A stretch of 64,000 bases of DNA, from NCBI GenBank assembly GCA_963811675.1, contig CAWESH010000004.1, forward strand, positions 99,976 to 163,975, in the 5' to 3' direction. Source of the DNA: an uncultured Actinomycetes bacterium. Lineage in GTDB: Bacteria; Actinomycetota; Thermoleophilia; Gaiellales; JAICJC01. The notes beneath the pieces are model-generated. The model was not told the origin of the DNA. It did no database searches and saw nothing but the letters and a program-made list of their open reading frames with translations. Shown here piece by piece: positions 1 to 13,335 of the stretch (position 1 is the stretch's first letter; every line of letters begins with the position of its first letter). The translations under genes were made by a program, and so were the position numbers.

Positions 1-192
1 CGACTTGTGGATCGACCCGATCTGGCCGCGGATGTCGGGAGTCCACGGCTGCCCCGCGCGGGCCTCGCCGTAGGCTCGCACCAAAATCGGCCGGTCACGA
101 TCGGTCAGCGCGAGTGACACGCCGGGGGTGTCGCCGGCGGCGATTCGCTCCCGTGCGTAGCGCTCGAGGGCCCGCTCGAGCGGGTCGCTCAC
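1..192 (-). CDS. serine hydrolase / beta-lactamase-family protein, N-terminal fragment (gene runs off the window start)
   Basis: Minus-strand translation from GTG 192..190 reads VSDPLERALERYARERIAAGDTPGVSLALTDRDRPILVRAYGEA...GQIGSIHKS. The IGS-x-x-KS stretch resembles the S-x-x-K region of class C beta-lactamase/esterase folds. The GTG overlaps the rnj stop as GTGA. Confidence 0.4.
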   Translation of the reverse strand, partial: MSDPLERALERYARERIAAGDTPGVSLALTDRDRPILVRAYGEARAGQPWTPDIRGQIGSIHKS

Positions 193-1863
193 ACTTCCAC
201 GACGATGGGCAGCACCATCGGCCGCTTACCCGTCAGCCGCGAGACCATCTCAGCCAGTGCGTCGTGCAACTGCTGCTGGACGAGGTGTACCTCGGTCGTG
301 CGATGCTCCTGGCAGTCCTGCAACACCCGGTCGACCGCCAGCCGCGCCTGTTCCACGAGCAGTTCGTCGTCCTCATCGGGGGCGGCCAGACCACGCAGAA
401 TCACCTCGGGCGGGGCGAGAATCTCGGCGTCCTCGGCCGAGATGGTGGCGACCACGATCACCACGCCGTCGCTGGCCAGATGACGGCGGTCACGCAGCAC
501 CACATCCTGCGGGTCGCCCATGTTGAATCCGTCCACCAGCACGATCCCGGTCTCGACCTGACCCTCGACCGATAACCCGTCGGCGTCCAGTTCGAGCACT
601 GTGCCGTTGTCGGCGATTCGCACTGCGTGCGCCGCCACCCCGGCCTCCTCAGCGATACGGGCGTGCGCCTGCAACATGCGGTACTCGCCGTGCACGGGCA
701 TGAAGCTGCGCGGCTTGACCGTCTCGATCATGGTGCGCAGATCCTCGGCGGAGGCGTGACCAGACACGTTCACATAGTCGGAACTGTCGGTCAGCACCCG
801 AGCGCCCTGGCGGCACAACCGGTTGATGGTCTCGTTGACCTTGCCCTCGTTTCCGGGGATGGCGCGGGCCGAGATCACGACCGTGTCGGTTGAGTGCACC
901 TGAACCGACTGGTGGGTGCCTCCTGCGATCCGGGTCAAGGCCGACATCGGCTCGCCCTGGCTGCCTGTGCAGATGATCACAATCTGGTGGTGCATGAACT
1001 CGTCCAGGCGCCGGGGTTTGATGATCACATCGTCGGCAACCTCGGTGTAGCCCAGGTTGCGCGCGATGTTGAAGTTCCGGTTCATCGAGCGCCCCACGAT
1101 CGCGACCACCCTGCCGTTGGCGGTGGCCGCGTCGACCACCTGTTGCAGACGGTGGATGTGCGAGGAGAAGGTGGTGATGATCACCCGACCGGGTGCAGCT
1201 GCCGATGATCTCGCGCAGCGACGCGCCCACGGTACGTTCAGAGGCGGTCGACCCCGGCACCTCGGCGTTGGTGGAGTCGGCCATCAGCAGTGCCACGCCG
1301 GCGTCACCCAGTGCACCCAGCCGACCCAGCTCAGTCGGCCGGTCGTCGATCGGGGTTGGGTCGAGCTTGAAATCGCCGGTGTGCACGATTGCGCCGAACT
1401 CGGTGTGGAACGCCACCGCCACTGCGTCGGGTACCGAGTGCGTGACCCGCATGAACTCCATCGTGAACGGGCCCACCTGCACCGTTCCGCCTTCAGGCTT
1501 GATCTCGACCAGGTCGACGTGCGGTGACAGGCCGTGCTCGTCCAGCTTTGATTTCACCAGCCCCAGGGTCAGCCGGGTGCCCCAAACCTCGGCGGCGGTG
1601 CCGATCTCCCGCAGCAGGTACGGCAGCGCACCGATGTGATCCTCATGCCCGTGAGTGAGCACGATCGCGTCCAGCTTGTCCACCCGCTCGGCCACGTAGC
1701 TGAAATCGGGCAGCACGATATCGATCCCCAGCATGTCGTCGCGGGGAAAGGTCAGTCCGGTATCCAGCAGCACCATCCGGTCGCGGTACTCGAACACCGT
1801 CATGTTCTTGCCAACCTCACCCAACCCGCCGAGCGGGATGATCCGCACCGGATCTGGCGCCAT
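189..1863 (-). CDS. rnj: ribonuclease J (reading frame broken near 1196)
   Basis: ORF 649..1863 gives the N-terminal metallo-beta-lactamase part (THGHEDHIGALP). ORF 189..1184 gives the colinear C-terminal half. The frames join as REIIGS/APGRVIITTFSS if one extra base near 1196 is ignored. Confidence 0.85.
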
Positions 1864-2759
1864 CAGGTGGTCGCCGCCGGTAGCAAGCCCATGCTGCCAA
1901 GCGCGCGGCTAACCTCGGCGGCCTCGCTCTCGGACGCGTCGACCAGCGGCAGCCTGAGTCCGCCGACTTCGTGCCCGAGCAGATTCAGGGCGCACTTGAG
2001 GGGTATCGGATTGGTGGTCACGGCGAGCGCATCGTAGAGCGGTCGCAGCGATCGGTCGACCACATGGGCGCCGTCGAGGTCGCCAGAGTGCACCAGTTCG
2101 ATCATCCGCCGGATCTGGGGACCGGCGAGATGGGAGGCCACGCAGATGCCGCCGACCGCGCCGATCTCGGTGAACGGCAGCACCAGATCATCGTTTCCGG
2201 CGTACAGGGTGAGGTCGGTCTCGGCCAGGATCCGCTGGGCTTGATCGAGGTCAGGCGTGGCCTGCTTGACCGCCGTCACATTCGGGATCTCGGCGATTTC
2301 GACCAACAGGTCGGGTTCGAGATTCACCACCACCCGCTGGGGGATGTTGTAGATGATCACCGGCCGCCCGTCGGCGGCCTCCGCGATCGCCGAGAAATGG
2401 GCCAGGATGCCTGCCGGCGGTGGCTTGGAGTAGTACGGCGTGACAGCCATCACCGCGTCCACGCCGGTGGCCAGCGCAGACCGCGTGAGCGCGACCGAGT
2501 GATGCGTGTCATAGCTGCCGGTGTTGGCGACCACCGTCGCAGCCCCGCCGACCTCGCTCACAATCGTCTCCAGCAGGTCGAGCTTCTCTCGGTCAGAGAC
2601 GGTCGGGCCTTCGCCGGTGGTACCGCACACGACCACGCCGTCGGAGCCGTTGTCCACCAGGAAACGCGCCAATCGACGGGCACTTCCGTGATCGACAGCG
2701 CCATCGCTGCCAAACGGCGTGACCATCGCGGTCAGCAGTGCTCCCAGGCCCGTACTCAC
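1863..2759 (-). CDS. dapA: 4-hydroxy-tetrahydrodipicolinate synthase
   Basis: Intact 298-aa ORF with the DapA-type N-terminus (LTAMVTPF...DGVVVCGTTGEGPT). Its stop overlaps the rnj start, the usual actinobacterial dapA-rnj arrangement. Confidence 0.93.
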   Translation of the reverse strand: MSTGLGALLTAMVTPFGSDGAVDHGSARRLARFLVDNGSDGVVVCGTTGEGPTVSDREKLDLLETIVSEVGGAATVVANTGSYDTHHSVALTRSALATGVDAVMAVTPYYSKPPPAGILAHFSAIAEAADGRPVIIYNIPQRVVVNLEPDLLVEIAEIPNVTAVKQATPDLDQAQRILAETDLTLYAGNDDLVLPFTEIGAVGGICVASHLAGPQIRRMIELVHSGDLDGAHVVDRSLRPLYDALAVTTNPIPLKCALNLLGHEVGGLRLPLVDASESEAAEVSRALGSMGLLPAATT

Positions 2760-2765
2760 TCGGTC

Positions 2766-2771
2766 ATTCTA
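2766..2771 (-). promoter_or_regulatory. -10-like hexamer TAGAAT, 6 nt upstream of the dapA GTG (leaderless-type promoter)
   Basis: The minus strand reads TAGAAT-GACCGA-GTG. No Shine-Dalgarno sequence lies between the hexamer and the start codon. Confidence 0.35.
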
Positions 2772-2807
2772 GAGGGTTTATTCGGCGATGCCGGTCCCAA
2801 AGCGTCG

Positions 2808-3470
<663 letters not shown>

Positions 3471-3474
<4 letters not shown>

Positions 3475-3855
3475 GGCGACTCCCCGGTCTGGGAGACCGA
3501 CAGGACGTTGCCCGAAGGATCCTGAAACCACGCCACTCGGGCGCCGCTGGGGGCGTCCCACACACCCGACTCGTCCTGGGTCATACCGGGATAGCGCAGC
3601 GCTTCCACCCCAGCCGCCGAAAGCTGCGACACGGCGTCGGTCGACGTCGGCGACGTTCCAGCCAAGCACGGTGTGGGGAGCCGGATCGAGCCGCTCCACC
3701 AGCGTCACTCGCAGCTGCGTGCCGTTGGCGTCGAACACCCGGGCAATCGGCGACTGGCCGACCACCGGCAGGCCAAGCGTGCTTCCATAGAAGTCTCCCG
3801 CCTGCTCGAGGTCGGTGGCCGCGACGAACGCGACCAGGGGTGTGTGTGCCAGCAT
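3471..3855 (-). CDS. VOC (glyoxalase/bleomycin-resistance fold) family protein (frame broken near 3645)
   Basis: MLAHTPLVAFVAATDLEQAGDFYGSTLGL...GWNVADV continues in ORF 3471..3665 (SQLSAAGVEAL...VAWFQDPSGNVLSV). The beta-alpha-beta pattern is VOC-like. This is a family-level call only. Confidence 0.55.
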
Positions 3856-3881
3856 CGCCGGGGAGCCTATCGGCTCGCGGC

Positions 3882-5173
3882 TCAGGTGACGAACTCGAGG
3901 TCGAGCGCGGCCACGGCCTCGTCGAAGCGTTCGCGGCTGGGTCCGATACCTGCGATCGAGAGCCGGGACGGGTCGAACAGCTGACGGGCCAATGCGGCGA
4001 TGGCATCGGGTTCGACCGCGTCGATCTCGGCACACACCCGATCCAGGGACAGCAGCTCGGTGTCGGTCAACACCGACTTTCCCAGCCTGCCGGCACGGTT
4101 CGAGGTCGACTCCATACCCAGCATGATGCGGCCTTTGAGGTTCTCCTTGGCTCGAGTCAGCTCGACTGGGCCGATGTCGCCGCTGCCCACGCGTCGCAGC
4201 TGGTCGTCGATCACCCGCAGGCATTCGGCCAGGTTGTCCTCGCGGGTGCCCACATAGATCCCCACCATGCCGGTGTCGGCGTACTGGGAGGTGAACGAGT
4301 ACACCGAGTAGGCCATGCCGCGCTGCTCGCGAATCTGCTGGAACAGCCGTGACGATGCCGATCCACCCAAGATCGAGTCGAGCAGCGACTCGACAAAGCG
4401 ACGGCGATCGGATCGTGGTAGGCCGACACCACCCAGGCAGACATGGAACTGCTCCTGCTCGCGCTGTTGAAACACCAGCCGCGGCTTGGACTCGGCGATC
4501 CACGGCGAGCGCACCCCCACGGCCGGATCGGGCATCCGCGAGAGCGGCGCAAACCGTGACTGGATGGCGTGCACGAGCGGCTCGTGCTCGAGGTTGCCGG
4601 CGGCGGCCACGACGATATTCGGACCGACGTAGCGGGACTCGTGGTAGGCGCGAACCGCAGCCGGTGGAACGCTGGACACGATCTCGGCCGAGCCGATCAC
4701 CGGCAGCCCCAAAGGATGGTCGGCGAACACGGCCCGCGCGATCAGATCGTGCACCATGTCCTGCGCGGCGTCCTCATACATCGCGATCTCCTCCAGCACC
4801 ACCTCGCGCTCGGAGGCCATGTCGGCGGGATCGAACGTGGGCGCCAAGAGCATGTCGCACATCACGTCCAGCGCCCGCTCCAGATGCGCGTCCAGAATCC
4901 GGGCGTGCAGCACCGTGAATTCCTTGCCGGTGGCGGCGTTCAGCTCCGCTCCCGAGGCCGTCGAAGATCTCCGCGATCTCGACCGCCGAGTACTGGGACG
5001 AGCCCTTGAACAGCATGTGCTCGATGAAGTGCGAGATGCCCGGCCTGGTTGGTGGTCTCATCTCGCGAGCCGGCGCCGATCCAGATGCCGATGGAGATCG
5101 ATCGGACGCTGGCCACACGCTCGGAGACGATGCGCTCGCCGCCGTCGAGCGTTGTGACTGTATAGCGCTGCAT
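3882..5173 (-). CDS. M16 (pitrilysin/insulinase) family zinc peptidase, PepR-like (two frame breaks, ~5038 and ~4946)
   Basis: ISHFIEHMLFKG carries the HxxEH zinc motif. Three ORF pieces (4940..5173, part of 4774..5760, 3882..4913) are colinear with a single M16 protein. Its position between pnp and dapB matches actinobacterial pepR. Confidence 0.8.
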
Positions 5174-5243
5174 GCCCGGCGCATGCTACCAACCAAGGGT
5201 GGGGATCTCGTCCCCCAGAAGGGGTAGTACCCGCCGGCAGCCG

Positions 5244-6161
5244 CTAGCGCCGCTTGCTGAGCGCCAGCGAGCGCTCGAAGCGCTGGGTGGCGCCCTCGTC
5301 CAGGTGCATCACCACCGGGCCGTGCATGATCAGGCCGGCCGGCGCCCGCTCCTTCAAGAGGTCGGGCATGAACTGCTCGGCCAGCCATTCGCGGCCGTAG
5401 GCGACCGATGCACGCACCCGCATTCGCACCAGGCCGTCGGCGAGCTGCTCGGTCTCCTCCACCCACGGTGCGATCACGAACTGGGTGGCGCCCTTGGGCA
5501 CGATCGAGGCCACGTCTTCGATCAGTGCCCGGCCCTTGCCGGCGTCGGAGACGTACATCTCCAGTGCCAGCTCGCGGGCGCCGGTGGGCCGTACGCGAGT
5601 GGCGTAGATGGCCGAGTTGTTGACGCGGATCACCTCGCCGGTGACCGTGCGCAGGCGGGTCGAGCGCAGACCCACCTCCTCCACGATGCCCTCCAGCGCC
5701 CACGGTTCGATGGTGATGTTGTCGCCGACTGCAAACCAGCCCTCGAAGAACATGAAGCATCCCGCCAGGATGTCGGTCAAGAATCGCTGGCCGGAGAAGG
5801 CAATCAGAAGCACGATCAGCGATGCGCCGGCGACCGTGGTGACTCGCCCGGCACCGGGTATCTGCGCCAGCGCGTAGAACAGCGCGATCCCGAACACCGT
5901 GTAGCGAAGCGTGGTTCGCAGCAGCGAGATCGCGGTCTCGCGCCGCTGCAGACCGCGGAAGACGCCGGTGTCGGCCTCGTCGCGGTTGAGGTGCTTACGT
6001 TCGTTGCGGCGGACGATCCAGGTGGCGAGCCGGTTCGACCACCGCGCGACCAGCCACGCCAGCAGGAACGCGAGCAACACCAAGAGCACCGTTCTCCACG
6101 GATCTGAGATCAAGTTATGGGGAAGGTCGTTCCCTTTGTCAGCCCAGATCAAGACAGTCAT
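5244..6161 (-). CDS. mechanosensitive ion channel (MscS) family protein
   Basis: TM helices are followed by an MscS beta-domain-like stretch (RLRTVTGEVIRVNNSAIYATRV). The ORF opens at 6203 inside a hairpin, so the Met at 6161 (MTVLIW) is preferred as the start. Confidence 0.75.
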   Translation of the reverse strand: MTVLIWADKGNDLPHNLISDPWRTVLLVLLAFLLAWLVARWSNRLATWIVRRNERKHLNRDEADTGVFRGLQRRETAISLLRTTLRYTVFGIALFYALAQIPGAGRVTTVAGASLIVLLIAFSGQRFLTDILAGCFMFFEGWFAVGDNITIEPWALEGIVEEVGLRSTRLRTVTGEVIRVNNSAIYATRVRPTGARELALEMYVSDAGKGRALIEDVASIVPKGATQFVIAPWVEETEQLADGLVRMRVRASVAYGREWLAEQFMPDLLKERAPAGLIMHGPVVMHLDEGATQRFERSLALSKRR

Positions 6162-6172
6162 CGCCTCGCGCA

Positions 6173-6203
6173 GTGAATAACGGTGCCTGGCACCGTTATT
6201 CAT
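6173..6203. repeat. copy 1 of the dispersed palindrome GTGAATAACGGTGCCTGGCACCGTTATTCAT
   Basis: Near-perfect 15+1+15 inverted repeat. It is almost identical to the copies at 19547, 26512 and 57028. Confidence 0.9.
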
Positions 6204-6229
6204 GGGGGCGGCTGGGCCGCCCCCATGAA
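6199..6229 (-). terminator. GC-rich 14-bp hairpin 10 nt downstream of the pnp stop (probable terminator)
   Basis: TTCATGGGGGCGGC-TGG-GCCGCCCCCATGAA is a perfect inverted repeat. It directly abuts palindrome copy 1. Confidence 0.55.
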
Positions 6230-6239
6230 TGAGCGTCTG

Positions 6240-8721
<2,482 letters not shown>

Positions 8722-8735
8722 TCTCTGTCTCCTCC

Positions 8736-8756
8736 GGCCCCTCCATTTCGGGGGCC
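8736..8756 (-). promoter_or_regulatory. hairpin in the rpsO-pnp intergenic region (rpsO terminator / pnp leader structure)
   Basis: GGCCCC-TCCATTTCG-GGGGCC has a 6-bp GC stem. It lies between the rpsO stop (8780) and the pnp start (8721). Confidence 0.4.
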
Positions 8757-8779
8757 ATCCTCCGTGAATCGGCCGCGTC

Positions 8780-9049
8780 CTATCGGCGCAGACCGAGTTC
8801 CTTGATGAGGGCGCGATAGCCCTCCAGGTCGTGCCTCTGCATATACGTCAGAAGCCTGCGGCGGCGGCCGACCATCTTGAGCAGGCCGCGTCGCGAGTGA
8901 TGATCGTGCGGGTGGGTCTTCATGTGCTCGGTCAGCTCGGTAATCCGCTGAGTGAGCAATGCCACCTGCACTGTGGTTGAGCCGGTGTCCTGCTGATTTG
9001 CCCCAAACTTGGCAATCAGTTCGCTCTTCTGCTCCTGGGTAAGCGGCAT
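8780..9049 (-). CDS. rpsO: 30S ribosomal protein S15
   Basis: The last 89 aa of ORF 8780..9478 are [16 protein letters not shown]...[21 protein letters not shown], which is canonical S15. A GGAGG RBS lies upstream of the ATG at 9049. Confidence 0.95.
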   Translation of the reverse strand: MPLTQEQKSELIAKFGANQQDTGSTTVQVALLTQRITELTEHMKTHPHDHHSRRGLLKMVGRRRRLLTYMQRHDLEGYRALIKELGLRR

Positions 9050-9213
9050 TCGCCTACCACCTCCTTGCCGTTTGTGATCAAGTCGCCGACATCCCAGAAC
9101 CGCGCCGGCAAGAGGCGCAAATCCGCGATGTGGCCGTCCAGGAGGGTAGCAGGGGCTTGCGTCCACCGGCGCAACGGATACCCTTTCGAGGTTCCCTATG
9201 CGAGGGTGTGAAC

Positions 9214-10158
9214 GTGAGCATTGCAGTGGTGACCGGCGGCGCCGGCTTTCTCGGGTCGCATTTCTGTGAATATCTGCTGGAGCGCGATTGGCGGGTGCTG
9301 TGCCTCGACAATCTCGACACCGGGACACTCGAGAACATCGAGGATCTGCGCGGCGACAACTTCGAGTTTCGCTACCACAACTGCGTCGACCACATCGCGG
9401 TCGACGGCCCGGTGGATGCGGTCTTCCACCTCGCCAGCCCAGCCAGCCCGGTCGACTACCTGCGACTCCCCCTGGCAACGCTCAAGGTCGGTTCATACGG
9501 CACCCACAACGCCCTGGGACTGGCCAAGTTCAAGCGCGCCCGGTTCCTTCTGACCTCCACCTCCGAGGTCTACGGCGATCCCGAGATCCATCCTCAGCGC
9601 GAGGAGTACTGGGGCAACGTCAACCCGGTGGGACCGCGCGGCGTGTACGACGAGGCCAAGCGCTATGCCGAGGCGCTGACGATGGCCTATCACCGGCAGC
9701 AGGGCGTGGATACGCACATTGCCAGGATCTTCAACACCTACGGACCGCGCATGCGTGAGAACGACGGTCGCGCAATTCCCACCTTCCTGCGCCAGGCGAT
9801 GGAGGGCACGCCGCTGACCGTGTTCGGGGACGGCAGCCAGACGCGCTCATTCTGCTACGTGGACGATCTGATCGAGGGGCTGTTCCGGTTGACCATGAGC
9901 AGCGAGCACATGCCGGTTAACATCGGAAATCCCAACGAGATGACGCTGCTGGAGCTGGCCGAACGGGTGATCGCGCTGACCGGTGCCGACTCCAAAGTGG
10001 TCTTCGAAGGCCTCCCGGTCGACGACCCCAAGGTACGGCAGCCCGACATCACCAAGGCCAGGCGGCTGCTCGACTGGGAACCGCGGGTGACGCTGGATGA
10101 CGGACTGCGCCGGACGATCGAGAGCCTGGGCCACACTCCCGCCCCGGTCTCGGGCTAG
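9214..10158 (+). CDS. UDP-glucuronate decarboxylase (UXS-type) / NAD-dependent sugar epimerase-dehydratase
   Basis: [12 protein letters not shown] Rossmann motif, a YDEAKR catalytic YxxxK, and [18 protein letters not shown] typical of UXS. The GTG start has GAGGG 7 nt upstream. GTG 9208 is an alternative start. Confidence 0.8.
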   Translation: MSIAVVTGGAGFLGSHFCEYLLERDWRVLCLDNLDTGTLENIEDLRGDNFEFRYHNCVDHIAVDGPVDAVFHLASPASPVDYLRLPLATLKVGSYGTHNALGLAKFKRARFLLTSTSEVYGDPEIHPQREEYWGNVNPVGPRGVYDEAKRYAEALTMAYHRQQGVDTHIARIFNTYGPRMRENDGRAIPTFLRQAMEGTPLTVFGDGSQTRSFCYVDDLIEGLFRLTMSSEHMPVNIGNPNEMTLLELAERVIALTGADSKVVFEGLPVDDPKVRQPDITKARRLLDWEPRVTLDDGLRRTIESLGHTPAPVSG

Positions 10159-10167
10159 CCGCCGCGG

Positions 10168-11094
10168 TTACCCGAGCAGCGACCGCGTCTGCTCGACGTC
10201 ACGTCCGAGCTGGTCGATCAGCGCTTCCACTCCCTCGAACCGCTGCTCGTCGCGCAGCCGGTGGACGAACTCCAGGTTGATCGGCGCGCCGTACACCTCG
10301 CTGTCGAAATCGAGCAGATATGCCTCCACCCGCACCGCATCGCGGGCGTCGGTGAACGTGGGGTTGTAGCCAACGCTGATGGCGGCGACGTGCGATCCCT
10401 CCAGCAGATGCGCCCGCCCGGCATAGATCCCCCGGCCGGGAATCACCGAGTGGGCTGCCGACAGCACGTTGGCCGTCGGGAACCCGATCTCGCGCCCGCG
10501 CTTGTCGCCGTGCACGACCTCACCGTCCAGCCACGGCGAGCGGCCCAGCAGACGTTCGGCGCCGGTCACGTCGCCGGCCTCAACCAGTCGGCGGATGCGC
10601 GAGGAGGAGACCGGCTCGCCGTCGATTTCGAGCAACGGCATCACCGTCACGTCAAAGCCGAGCTCCTCGCCGGAGGCGGCCAGCCGATCGGTGGTGCCGG
10701 CAGCCCGGTGGCCGTAGCGGAAATTCTGTCCGACGGTTACCGCTTCGGCACCCAATCGCCCGTGCAAAACCTCGCGGGCGAACGAGTCGGCTGAGACCTG
10801 CGACAGCTCGGCTGTGAACGGCACCACGATCACCTCGTCGGGCTGGATCTCACCGGCAAGCTCGATCCTGCGAGCCAGCGTGGCCAGTTCGGGCGGCGCC
10901 AGCTCGGGCCGAACCACAGCTATCGGGTGGGGATGGAAGGTCACGACCGCCGATCGCAGACTGCTTGACTCGGCCTGGCAGATGGCGGCTTCGATCACCG
11001 CGCGATGGCCGAGATGCACCCCGTCGAAGGTTCCGATCGCCAGTGAACGACGGGCCGGTGGAGCCAGGTCGTGGCTCATGTAGACGTCGGTCAT
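10168..11094 (-). CDS. ribF: bifunctional riboflavin kinase / FMN adenylyltransferase
   Basis: Intact 308-aa ORF. FDGVHLGHRAVI is the adenylyltransferase motif and GFPTANV is the riboflavin-kinase motif. Its start overlaps the truB stop. Confidence 0.9.
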   Translation of the reverse strand: MTDVYMSHDLAPPARRSLAIGTFDGVHLGHRAVIEAAICQAESSSLRSAVVTFHPHPIAVVRPELAPPELATLARRIELAGEIQPDEVIVVPFTAELSQVSADSFAREVLHGRLGAEAVTVGQNFRYGHRAAGTTDRLAASGEELGFDVTVMPLLEIDGEPVSSSRIRRLVEAGDVTGAERLLGRSPWLDGEVVHGDKRGREIGFPTANVLSAAHSVIPGRGIYAGRAHLLEGSHVAAISVGYNPTFTDARDAVRVEAYLLDFDSEVYGAPINLEFVHRLRDEQRFEGVEALIDQLGRDVEQTRSLLG

Positions 11095-11955
11095 GCCAAC
11101 ACCACGATCGGGTGAAGCTGCCCGGCCCGCGGCTCGGCCACCGCCACCAGCCGGCCGTCGTGAGAGAGCCGGATCAGCTCCGCGGCCGCACCCACGGGCT
11201 GTTCGATGGTGCGGCCGTGGATGACCAGATCCCGCTCATCAGCTGACATCTGGTGATCAGGCAGGTGCGACAGGGTTTCCAGCGGGGTGCGAAACCATGG
11301 CCCGGTGGGGTCGGCGCCGATCTCGGCGGGGGTACCGGCATCGGCCACCTGCCACGGTCCGATCGCCACCCGGCGAAGAGTGAGGCAGTACCCACCGGCT
11401 CCGGCGGCCTCGCCGATGTCGGCGGCGATCTGGCGTACATAGGTGCCTTTGGAGCAGGTCACGTCGATCTCCGCGCGCTGCAGATCAGGGTCAAACCCGG
11501 TCACGTCCAGGCGGGAAATCCTGACGTTGCGCGGAGCTGCCAGCACGGTCTCGCCGCGGCGCATGCGGGCATACGAGCGCTGGCCGTCGATCTTGACCGC
11601 AGATGCCGCCGGCACCTGCTGGAGGATGTCGCCGACAAGCTCTGCGGCCGCTGCCCTCACCGGATCGGCGTCGGTGGTCTGCGCCGGTCGGCTCGATCGC
11701 TCCTTCCGGGTCGAGCGTGGTCGAGCGTGCCCCGAACTGGATTACCGCCTGGTAGCGCTTGTCCATGTCGGTCAGAAACCGCGCCAGCCGGGTGGCACGG
11801 CCTGTCACCACCAGTAAGAGACCGGTCGCAAACGGGTCGAGCGTGCCGGTGTGGCCGGTCTTTGAGCCGAGCGCGGGACGGAGCTGGCGTAACACCGCAA
11901 ACGACGAGGGCCCTGCGGGCTTGTCCACGAGGAACATGCCGCTGGGGCCGCTCAT
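11091..11955 (-). CDS. truB: tRNA pseudouridine(55) synthase (frame broken near 11682)
   Basis: N-terminal MSGPSGMFLVDKPAGPSSF...GHTGTLDPFATGLL, with the catalytic Asp motif, lies in the frame of ORF 11491..12720. The C-terminal part is ORF 11091..11660. Confidence 0.85.
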
Positions 11956-11957
11956 AC

Positions 11958-12977
11958 TCAGGCCGCTGGTGCGGCCAGCTGGTCCGACACCTCGGCCACG
12001 ATGAATGCTCGGATCTCGTCGACGGATCCCTCGTGAGAGAAGCCGGCAGCCTGCTTGTGGCCACCGCCGTGGGACTTGCGCGCGATCACCGATACGTCGA
12101 TTCCGCCGCGGGATCGCAGCGACACCCGGTTGGCAGTCACGGATCCGTTGGCCAGCGGCACCTGCTCGCGGATCACCGCCGCCACCTCGACGCCTTCGAT
12201 CGCCCGCAGAGTATCGATCAGACCCTCGGTGGTGGCCTCGTCTCCGGCCACCGAGGCCAGCTCGTCTCGGGTGACGTGCGAGATCACCAGCCGCCCGCTC
12301 TGATACATCTGGGCGTTGGCGATCACCCGGCCGAGCAGCATCAGCTTGCCGAACCCCACCCGTTCGAACACGAGCTCGAACACCTTGTGCACGTCGGCGC
12401 CGGCCTCCACCAGCCGCGCGGCCAGCCGCAGCGCAGTGGGACTGGTGGTGCGGTATTGGAACCGCCCGGTGTCGGTTACCAGCCCGACGTACAGCGCCTC
12501 GGCGATCTTGGGGGTGAGCTCGACGCCCATGCCGTCGAACACCCTGGCCAGCAGCTCGGCCGTGGACGATGCGCTGCCGTCCACCAGGTTGACGGTTCCA
12601 AAGCGACTGTTGTCGTGGTGATGGTCGACGTCGATGACCATCTCGGCCGCCTCCAGAATCCCGGCGTAGCCGGGGCCGATCCGGCGCTCGTTGCCGCAGT
12701 CGACGGCCAGCACCGTCCAACCCTCGACCGAGGCCGGGTCGATCTCCCGCTCAAGCCCTTTGGTCTCCAGGAAGCTGACCTCGTGCGGGATCGTCGAGTC
12801 GGCGTGAATGTAGGTGCGTACCTGGGTGCCGCGGTTGCGCAGCGCCGAGGCGGCGGCCGACATCGACCCGATGGCGTCACCATCGGGGTTCTCGTGGGTG
12901 GCGATCAACACGCGGTCAGCCGCCGCGAGTGCGGCGACCACTTGATCGAGGTCGTTCTGGAGACTGGGATCCGTCAT
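11958..12977 (-). CDS. nrnA: DHH-family phosphoesterase (NrnA-type oligoribonuclease / pAp phosphatase)
   Basis: Intact 339-aa ORF with DHH-family motifs (HENPDGDAIGS, DVDHHHDN, GGGHKQAAG). It sits between rbfA and truB. Confidence 0.8.
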   Translation of the reverse strand: MTDPSLQNDLDQVVAALAAADRVLIATHENPDGDAIGSMSAAASALRNRGTQVRTYIHADSTIPHEVSFLETKGLEREIDPASVEGWTVLAVDCGNERRIGPGYAGILEAAEMVIDVDHHHDNSRFGTVNLVDGSASSTAELLARVFDGMGVELTPKIAEALYVGLVTDTGRFQYRTTSPTALRLAARLVEAGADVHKVFELVFERVGFGKLMLLGRVIANAQMYQSGRLVISHVTRDELASVAGDEATTEGLIDTLRAIEGVEVAAVIREQVPLANGSVTANRVSLRSRGGIDVSVIARKSHGGGHKQAAGFSHEGSVDEIRAFIVAEVSDQLAAPAA

Positions 12978-13315
12978 TGAAGGTCTTCGGCCGCGGGACG
13001 CTCCTGCTCCAGGAGGTCATTCAGTCGCAACGCGCGGTCGAGAGTCTCATCATAGTGGAAGGTCAGCAAGGGAGTGCGTCTGAGCTGGAGCTCGCGAGCG
13101 ATGCGAGATTGCAGCACACCGTGAGCCCGCTCCAGCGACCGCAGCGACCGCTCACGCTTGCGGTCGTTACCCAGCACGCTGACGTACACGGCGGCTTCTG
13201 CGAAGTCGGAAGTAGCGCGTACCCCGGTCACGGTGACGAATCCGATTCCCGGATCGCCGAGCGCTTCGATGCCGTCGGCCAGCACCTCTCTCAAGGCCTC
13301 GTTGACTCGTCGCAT
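12974..13315 (-). CDS. rbfA: ribosome-binding factor A
   Basis: MRRVNEALREVLADGI...VTVTGVRATSDFAEAAVYV is RbfA-like. Starting at the upstream Met 13375 would overlap DUF503 by 40 nt, so 13315 is preferred. Confidence 0.85.
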   Translation of the reverse strand: MRRVNEALREVLADGIEALGDPGIGFVTVTGVRATSDFAEAAVYVSVLGNDRKRERSLRSLERAHGVLQSRIARELQLRRTPLLTFHYDETLDRALRLNDLLEQERPAAEDLQ

Positions 13316-13335
13316 CCGTTCAGTTGGCGGCCGGC

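Noticed and set aside
8780-9478. 232-aa ORF extending rpsO far upstream
   Set aside because: Only the last 89 aa are S15. The upstream extension is Arg/Pro-rich, overlaps the divergent uxs gene and lacks an RBS.
11253-12980. 575-aa plus-strand ORF
   Set aside because: It is antisense to truB and nrnA, has a low-complexity translation and carries no motifs. It is a shadow ORF.
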